From the NCBI RefSeq assembly GCF_006345805.1, contig NW_021824585.1, forward strand, positions 1-18,085: a DNA stretch of 18,085 nt. Direction: 5' to 3'. The translations under genes and the position numbers were made by a program. This DNA is from Octopus sinensis. Lineage: Eukaryota. The notes beneath the pieces were generated by a model. That model was given only the letters and a program-made list of their open reading frames with translations, ran no database searches and was not told the origin of the DNA. This document shows positions 10,493 through 18,085 of the stretch, in pieces (positions within the stretch are counted from its first letter, which is position 1; each line of letters opens with the position of its first letter).

Positions 10493-11535
10493 TAAGGTAT
10501 GTAGAAAAATACAACATGGACAAGAACGTATAACTCATAGAAGACGATACAATAAACATGGACAGGACATTCGAACCCCTCAGTCTTCAGTCAAGAACCG
10601 GATCATCGTAGTAATTTCGGCTGATTAATCTTGAGATTACTAGATCACGGCCAGCCCTCCAAGAAAAACTAAGCTGGAAGCGTAGATTTCCTGGAAGAAG
10701 GATCGAATGCATACGAACACCAGGACAGCAAAAGGGACAGATATAAAAAAACAAAAACAATAATGGAATACAGAAACATGAAATACAGAAGCATTAACGG
10801 TGAAAACAACAAGTGTCTTACGACTGATAACAAGCAAACAAATTTTTTTTTTTTTTTTCTCTGGCGCATTGGAAAAAGCCTTTATAGCGGCGGACGAAGA
10901 ACAACGATGTTAACACGACGAGGGTCAGGAGCTGAAAGGCAGATTTCGGCCAACAGTCACGTGACAGAGAAGAGGGAAAAGAAAAGAAAGAGAGAGAGAG
11001 AAAAGGGGGACAAAACGCAACAAAGAGAGAGAAGAGAGAGAAAGAATGAATCAGAGAGGAGAAGGGATGGGTGTCGAAGAATGACCTGTGAGTGCAGAGC
11101 GAGACAAAGAAATAGGAGGGTAGTGGAAGACTAGACCAAAGGATCAGAGGAAAGAGAAGATGAATAGAGAGAAAGTAAGAATGAGAGAGAGAGAGAGACA
11201 AACAGAGAGTCGTACCAATTATTAAGAATATGTGTTCACATTAATGATAAAGGGGGTACGGGGCGCCTGGAATATATGTTAAGGTATGTAGAAAAATACA
11301 ACATGGACAAGAACGTATAACTCATAGAAGACGATACAATAAACATGGACAGGACATTCGAACCCCTCAGTCTTCAGTCAAGAACCGGATCATCGTAGTA
11401 ATTTCGGCGGCTTAATCTTGAGATTACTAGATCACGGCCAGCCCTCAAGAAAAACTAAGCTGGAAGCGTAGATTTCCTGGAAGAAGGATCGAATGCATAC
11501 GAACACCAGGACAGCAAAAGGGACAGATATAAAAA
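10492..11535 (-). mobile_element. Non-coding unit bounded by near-identical direct repeats (10492-10749 and 11279-11535), embedded in (TA)n
   Basis: The two repeats differ by 2 substitutions and 1 indel by my reading. They flank about 530 bp of GA-rich sequence. Orientation is inferred from an HHR-like remnant on the minus strand. Confidence 0.8.
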
Positions 11536-11589
11536 TATACATATATATGTATATACATATATGTATATATATATATGCATATCATTAAT

Positions 11590-11624
<35 letters not shown>

Positions 11625-11634
11625 TATATAGAAG

Positions 11635-11687
11635 GAGCTTCTACAGGACTAGAACTGTTTCATTCAAGAGAAATCATCAGGAAGCTC
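11635..11687 (-). ncRNA. Type-I hammerhead ribozyme, canonical core (family 2)
   Basis: GAGCUUC-CUGAUGA-UUUC UCUU GAAU-GAA-ACAG UUCUAGUC CUGU-A-GAAGCUC. Stem I 7 bp, stem III 4 bp, GUA cleavage triplet. Stem II is weak (U.U plus 3 bp). Confidence 0.8.
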
Positions 11688-11689
11688 CT

Positions 11690-11740
11690 GAGCTTCCTGA
11701 TAATTTCTCTTGAATGAAACAGTTCTAGTCCTGTAGAAGC
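11690..11740 (+). ncRNA. Inverted twin hammerhead with a G8A core mutation (CUGAUAA)
   Basis: Same sequence as the minus copy except CUGAUAA and a 1-nt deletion just beyond GAAGC. The module continues to about 11826 and then (TA)n. Confidence 0.7.
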
Positions 11741-11838
11741 CCTTCTATATAATAAATTAATTTTACTCTGCTATGTATTGAGTACCTTATTTACTGTGGT
11801 TAACCCCGAATCAACCCGGGACCTACATATATATATAT

Positions 11839-11872
<34 letters not shown>

Positions 11873-12998
11873 ATATATATATATTTACATATAAATATAC
11901 ACATATATATACATATATATCTATACACATATGTATATATATATATACTTATGCGCGCGCGCGTGTGTGTGTGTGTGTGTATGATGGCAGCAAACTCGTG
12001 TTCGGGTATTGCCATCGCCTGATCGAAAGACCTACGCATGCGAAAGCTACGGCCAGATGTTTTTGTGATAGGTCTTATTTTTTTTCTCCAGCGATGCTTG
12101 CGCATGATGATTCTTAATAGTGGGGAACGAATTTGCTCAAATCCAATCCCAGTCTCTAGACATGGACAACATACGCTCGAAAAGAAGAACTAGTTTACCT
12201 CATCGAATATTGTTAGTATCGCAGGTTTTCTTTCAGAGTTTTCCTCTCCAAGAGAGATGTGACAACAACAGAAGGGCTTCCCAGTCCCAATGGACTAACC
12301 ACGCACCTGGACACCAAACCAGTTATTTCCACATTCCCGTGAATTTGCCGGGTAATTTTCACAATAGAAAACTGGTATTTTTAAATTTTCCCCCCTCTAT
12401 ATCCTTGCAAATGATGGGGGAAAGTATTTTATGAAAAACAGTTTTGAAAATTTATGAATCCCCCACTCCCTACTTCCGCACTGATCGTGTCTTTTTTTTT
12501 TTCTCACTGCGCACTTATAAACAATAAGAGGCGCCTTTTCGGTAAAAAAAAAAGAAAAGGAAAATTTGAAAATTAATGAATTTTTCCAAATCACCCTCCC
12601 CACTCCGTCATTTTTTTTTTTTTTGCACTTCGCGCTTGAAAACAACTGAAGCTCATCATTACAATACTTATTTCCTTTATTTTCAGACGGAAAATGAAAC
12701 TTAATTTAAAAACAATAGTGAAGTCTTTTTTTAATATTTTCCCTAACTCCGCCGCTCCATAAATCCTAAAATTTCAGCTTTCTTTTTGGGAAAATATTTT
12801 TAATCATATTTTTTAAAATACGGACAGTCCAAATCCGCAATTTGTTTCTGTTTATAATTTGAAAATAATTTTCAGACAAAAAGGTGGTTTCTAGCACATC
12901 CCACGACCACCTGCTATCTTACTCGTTTCTTTGTCACTTTAGCATGTATTGATGCTTTTCAATGTTTTTCTCCTCTTAACCACATTTTCTGGAATGAT

Positions 12999-13241
12999 GG
13001 AAACTGAAAGAAGCCCGTCGTCGAGTGTGTATCGTTGGCGATTTTTATCCTCCGTCTTCCCTTCTTTGGATCTTTCTCTTTCCTATGTTTCTGACGAAGA
13101 GCTCCGCTCGAAACGTTAAACCTTCCTTCTTTCCTTCCTTCCTGAGCGTCCAATAATACTATATTTGTTCCACGTCCTCTCGTTGTTGTGTTTTCACTTT
13201 GTGTTTTCATGTTTGGATTAACTATATATATATACATTATA

Positions 13242-13277
<36 letters not shown>

Positions 13278-13503
13278 TGTATGTGTGTGTATATGTTTGT
13301 GTGTCTGTGTTTGTCCCCCGCCCCAAACATCGCTTGGTAACCGATGGTGGTGTGTTTACGTCCCCATAACTTAGCGGTTCGGCAACAGAGAATGATAAAA
13401 TGAGTACTAGGCTTCCAAAGAATAAGTCCTGGGGTCGATTTGCTCGACCAAAGGTGGTGTTCTAGTATGGTCGCAGTCAAATGACTGAAACAAGTAAAAG
13501 AGT
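12999..13503 (+). mobile_element. SINE family B split by an HHR-module insertion (SINE parts 12999-13021 and 13223-13503)
   Basis: GGAAACTGAAAGAAGCCCGTCGT normally runs directly into the internal (TA) tract (compare 15746-15790). Here about 200 bp intervene before the tract and the 3' half. Confidence 0.85.
13087..13121 (+). ncRNA. Minimal type-I hammerhead ribozyme (family 1), canonical core
   Basis: GUUU-CUGACGA-A-GAGC UCC GCUC-GAAA-CGUU-AAAC. Stem I GUUU/AAAC, 4-bp stem II, and a palindromic ACGU in place of stem III as in minimal PLE hammerheads. Predicted cut after 13117. Confidence 0.75.
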
Positions 13504-13771
13504 ATTATAAGATGAGTTTTTTTTAAAATATGAAAGCAAAGCGTGAGAGCAAATACATACACAAATACAGTGTGTCATAGAGAATCGAAAATATATATAT
13601 AGAGAGATATTGATGGTGAAAGATAGAGAGTGAGAGACTTGTTTCTCGCAGAAAACTAATATTATTATTATTATTTATTTATTTATTTTTGTTATTTATC
13701 GACAACCTTTTCATTGGAACGCATCGTTTCCGAGCCTTTTGGGGATAAACCCATTCACAAAACCACAAAGA

Positions 13772-13978
13772 TACAGGGCAGGGCAAAAGTCACGCACTAT
13801 AACAGTTGACATTTTACTTATTTTACATTATCATTATTAATATTTGTTTTGTTCATCATGTGCATGTACGTGTGTATTCGTCGTTATTTTATTTTAATTC
13901 TTTTTGAAAAATTGTTTTTAAGATATGCAATGTATATTAAATAAGCTTTAATTTTCGTGCAGAACTTTGGCCCCTGTA
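13772..13978. mobile_element. Degenerate Tc1/mariner-type MITE
   Basis: TA-CAGGG..CAAAAGTCACGCAC at the left end and GTGCAGAACTTTGGCCCCTG-TA at the right end. TA flanks; AT-rich non-coding interior. Confidence 0.5.
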
Positions 13979-14147
13979 TATATATATATATATATATAAA
14001 TTTATATATAGAGGGCATTATACATACATGTCAGAAGGCATTATACATACATGCCAAACGCTAAGAGGGACAATTAGTCATTTCTACCAAAAATATTACT
14101 AATCCCACCGAATGCAATTTTTCAAAGTAAGACATTTAAAAAAATAT

Positions 14148-14195
14148 AGACCTGTATCACAGTGATTTCATACTTACGTACTCATCAGCAGGCCT
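14148..14195 (-). ncRNA. Type-I hammerhead ribozyme, canonical core (family 3)
   Basis: AGGCCUG-CUGAUGA-GUAC GUAA GUAU-GAA-AUCAC U GUGAU-A-CAGGUCU. Stem I 7 bp (one G.U), stem II 4 bp with a GNRA loop, near-palindromic stem III, AUA triplet. Confidence 0.85.
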
Positions 14196-14399
14196 GAATG
14201 TATTATAAATAAACAACGACCCTGCCCCACTTAAGCCGATCAGCTAACTGCTCAACATCAACGAAGCACATGGGTGAGTTTACATATATTACATCCGGAT
14301 AAATGGCAAACTTTTACGAATTGCATTTCGGGAGAGGAAAAGTTTTTTCAGTTGTCCTTATTAAGTAGTTGCCCTTAATTGCTATATATATATATATAT

Positions 14400-14431
<32 letters not shown>

Positions 14432-14500
14432 TGTGGGGGGGGGGTGCGCGCATGCGTGTATGTATGTGTGTATGTATATTATATATATATATATATATAT

Positions 14501-14861
14501 ACTCTTTTACTCTTTACTCTTTTACTTGTTGCACCGCCTTTAGTCGAGCAAATCGACCCCGGGACTTATTCTTTGTAAGCCCAGTACTTATTCTATCGGT
14601 CTCTTTTGCCGAACCGCTAAGTTACGGGGACGTAAACACACCAGCATCGGTTGTCAAGCAATGCAAGGGGGACAAACACACATACACACACATACACATA
14701 TATACATATATACGACAGGCTTCTTTCAGTTTCCGTCTACCAAATCCACTCACAAGGCATTGGTCGGCCCGGGGCTATAGCAGAAGACACTCGCCCAAGA
14801 TGCCACGCAGTGGGACTGAACCCGGAACCATGTGGTTGGTTAGCAAGCTACTTACCACACA
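14501..14861 (-). mobile_element. SINE family B lacking its 3' stem-loop
   Basis: The tail joins directly TTGTT|GCACCGCC at 14530/14531, deleting the CAGTCATTTGACTG hairpin segment. Confidence 0.9.
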
Positions 14862-14879
14862 ATATATATATATATATAT

Positions 14880-15294
14880 TTACTCTTTTACTCTTTTACT
14901 TGTTTCAGTTATATGACTGCGGCCATAATGGAGTACGGCCTTTAGTCGAACAAACCCACCCATGGAATTATCATAAGCCTAGTATTTATTCTATCGGTCT
15001 CTTTTGCCGAACCGCTAAGTTACGGGAACGTAAACACACCAGCATCGGTTGTTAAGCGATATTGGAGGGACAAGCACAGACACACAAATATATACATACA
15101 CATACATATATATATATATATATACATATATATACATATTTCTTTCAGTTTCCGTCAACCAAATCCACTCACGTGGCTTTGGTCAGCTCAAGGCTCTAGT
15201 AGAAAACACTTGCCCAAGGTGTCATGGCGTGGGAATGAACCCGGAACCATATGGTTGGTACGCAAGCTTCTTACCACACAGCCACTCCTGCGCC
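14880..15294 (-). mobile_element. SINE family B with intact head
   Basis: Ends CACACAGCCACTCCTGCGCC, the reverse complement of the tRNA-like head. Confidence 0.9.
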
Positions 15295-15604
15295 TATAAA
15301 TATTTGTATTATGTATATACGTATATATTTATGTATGTATATACGTATGTTTGTATAAATACACTGCGGCCTCGAAATCATAAATAACCTATACAAAAAC
15401 AGTTCCTTTCCGTGTAAACTTGCTTTGCTAGTTTTCGTTACAGATGGTACGCAGCACATACCACTCTGGTTACACGTGACCTTTAGAGAGCTTTCTTCAT
15501 TAGCAGTTGTAAATCAGCTGATAATCTCCGTTACAAGTTTCCATCACGTTGTAAACAGCAGCAGACAGGTTCCTCACATTTCCTTACATTTAAACACAAT
15601 CAGT

Positions 15605-16028
15605 GGCGTAGGAGTGGCTGTGTGGTAAGTAGGTTGCTTACCAACCAAATGTACCGGGTTCAGTCCCATTGCGTGGAACCTTGGGCAAGTGTCTTCTATT
15701 ATAGCCTCGGGCCGACCAAAGCCTTGAGAGTGGATTTGGTAAACGGAAACTGAAAGAAGCCCGTCGTATATATGTATATATATATATGTATGTGTATGTG
15801 TATATGTTTGTGTCTGTGTTTGTCCCCCGCCCAACATCACTTGACAACCGATGGTGGTGTGTTTACGTCCCTGTAACTTAGCGGTTTGGCAAAAAGAGAA
15901 CTGTGGAATAAGTACTAGGCTTACAAAAAATAAGTCCTGGCGTCGATTTGCTCGACTAAAGGCGGTGCTCCAGCATGGCCGCAGTCAAATGACTGAATCA
16001 AGTAAAAGAGTAAAAGAGAGAGTAAAAT
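15605..16028 (+). mobile_element. Full-length SINE family B
   Basis: A-box-like TGGCTGTGTGG, B-box-like GGTTCAGTCCC, internal TA/TG tract, hairpin CAGTC-AAAT-GACTG (15982-15995), (GAGTAAAA)n-like tail. Confidence 0.9.
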
Positions 16029-16249
16029 AGTATGGAGTCGATATGCTGGACTAAAGGCGGTGCTCCAGAGTAAAAGAATATGCCAGTCAAATCGTTTTGA
16101 ATCTCCATCTTTAGGCTTCCACGATATGGACAATAAGCGACAGTTCAGTAGTGGTGGTGGTGGTGGTGCTGGTAATAATAGTAGTAGTAGTAGTATTTTT
16201 TAAATCGTGAACACAGTTGTGTGTGTGTGTGTATGCATGTGTTTCAAGT

Positions 16250-16633
16250 GGAGGCGCAATGGCCCAGTGGTTAGGGCAGCCGACTCGCGGTCGTAGGATC
16301 GCGGTTTCGATTCCCAGACCGGGCGTTGTGAGGGTTTATTGAGCGAAAACACCTAAAGCTCCACGAGGCTCCGGCAGGGGATGGTGGCGATCCCTGCTGT
16401 ACTCTTTCACCACAGCTTTCTCTCACTCTTACTTCCTGTTTCTGTTGTACCTGTATTTCAAAGGGCCGGCCTTGTCACTCTCTGTGTCACGCTGAATATC
16501 CCCGAGAACTACGTCGTTAAGGGTGCACGTGTCTGTGGAGAGCTCAGCCACTGGCACGTTAATTTCACGAGCAGGCTGTTCCGTTGATCGGATTAACCGG
16601 AACCCTCGTCGTCGTAACCGACGGAGTGCTTCC
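16250..16633 (+). mobile_element. Full-length SINE family C with target-site duplication
   Basis: A-box-like TGGCCCAGTGG, B-box-like GGTTTCGATTCC. Flanking direct repeat ATGCATGTGTTTC at 16233-16245 and 16634-16646. Confidence 0.9.
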
Positions 16634-16716
16634 ATGCATGTGTTTCGGTGAATATGTTTTGCAGCAACTATTCCAGCTCTTTAAATACTGATCTGAATAT
16701 CGTTATTATTATAATT

Positions 16717-16920
16717 AAGGCGGCGAGCTGGCAGAAACGTTAACACGCCGGGCGAAATGCATAGCCGTATTTCGTCTGCCGTTACGTTCTAAGTTCAAAT
16801 TCCGCCGAGGTCGACTTTGCCTTTCATCCTTTCGGGGTCGATAAATTACCCGTGTCGTACTTGGGTTGATCTAATCGACTGGTCCTCTCCCCCCAAATTG
16901 CTACCCTTGTGACAAAATTT
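16717..16920 (+). mobile_element. SINE family A with the alternative tail
   Basis: Head as in 364 and 17146; tail as in 4925-5070. Confidence 0.9.
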
Positions 16921-16981
16921 ATGCCCTCACACACACATACACACACATACACATAGTATCTTTCTCTCTCCCTCACACACA

Positions 16982-17144
<163 letters not shown>

Positions 17145-17145
17145 A

Positions 17146-17373
17146 AAGGCGGCGAGCTGGCAGAAACGTTAGCACGCTGGGCGAAATGCGTAGCTGTATT
17201 TCGTCTGTCGTCACGTTCCGAGTTCAAATTCCGCCAAGGTCGACTTTGCCTTTCATCCTTTCGGGGTCGATGAATTAAGTACCAGTTACACACTGGGGTC
17301 GATATAATCGACTTAACCCGTTTGTCTGTCCTTGTTTGTCCCGTCTGTGTTTAGCCCCTTGTGGGTAGTAAAG

Positions 17374-17378
<5 letters not shown>
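17146..17378 (+). mobile_element. Full-length SINE family A
   Basis: Colinear with 364-596. Confidence 0.9.
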
Positions 17379-17428
<50 letters not shown>

Positions 17429-18085
17429 TAGATAGATTTACATATGTATATATGCATACATACATACACATCTATGCACCTCTACGTATTTATATAGAGA
17501 GGGGGCGGAAAGCGAAATATCTTTGTTTGTAGGAGCCTTTTCCTTTATATGGCTTTTCTTTTGAAGTCTTTCTGTTCGTTTATTCATTTATTTATTTTTC
17601 GTTCTGCATACTTCCATTGTTATTTTCGCAGATGTTCTACAAGTATACGCAGCCAGCTGGGATTTAATCGTATCAACGCTGTCCAATAGCTGATTTAATT
17701 GGTAGCTTATCTCGACTCGAATTCGTGATGAGAATTTCGACATTTCTGCAACAGTTTTCAAGGTCTCTTGGCTTTCATCTTCCTAATAGCGGCGTTACCT
17801 AATCTCCAGATGCGTAATGGTCGTCTAGATATTATATGTTCACTTATCCCTTTACGACTTTTCAGGTTTGCTTAGAGCAAATGAATTACAAAGAAGACAA
17901 GGATAAACATAAAAACGCCGTTCTTCGTCGTTCTTGTATAGCACTTAAATCTACTTGCTTCGACCTAAAGAGGAAATACATGAAACCCCGGAGCATTGGC
18001 AGCTGAATCGCCATATTAAATGTGCGGGAAAATGACCTTTGGTTTTTAATGATCGATATATAGCAAACGTCTGAGAAAATTAGGT

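Noticed and set aside
10584-10590. Minus-strand CUGAAGA in the direct repeats (also in copy 2)
   Set aside because: Followed by GAAU with no plausible stem II; does not fold as a hammerhead.
10763-11201. ORFs 10763-11134 (+) and 10818-11201 (-)
   Set aside because: Low-complexity GA-rich sequence giving R/E/K- or S/L/F-rich reads; no domain.
12120-12434. 104-aa plus-strand ORF
   Set aside because: No recognisable motif or splice context, and it starts at GTG.
15425-15600. Possible exon after TTTTCGTTACAG (15442)
   Set aside because: One frame is open but there is no convincing donor site or homology; unsupported without RNA data.
16250-16325. tRNA-like sequences here and at the other SINE heads
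   Set aside because: They have A/B boxes but continue into repeated SINE bodies, and I could not fold a complete cloverleaf.

Overview
AT-rich, microsatellite-laden eukaryotic DNA with no supportable host protein-coding gene. Most listed ORFs are translations of (TA)n/(CA)n/(CATA)n tracts or SINE bodies. The SINE families look to me like those of octopus/coleoid cephalopod genomes (inference from recall, not checked). The window is a dense nest of retroelement remnants: at least 4 tRNA-headed SINE families, CR1/L2-clade LINE pieces (1-363, 9769-9996), an R4/Dong-like LINE 3' end, and Penelope-like (PLE) RT and GIY-YIG remnants. It also holds several foldback/MITE-like palindromes. The main unexpected signal is a set of type-I hammerhead ribozyme (HHR) modules from unrelated sequence families. 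Three can be folded by hand with a canonical CUGANGA/GAAA/NUH core (11635-11687 minus, 13087-13121 plus, 14148-14195 minus), and there are several degenerate relatives. Each lies about 90-145 nt upstream of a junction with a (TA)n tract. One forms a near-perfect 139-bp palindrome of two back-to-back hammerheads, one intact and one carrying a core mutation. All folds and alignments were done by eye.
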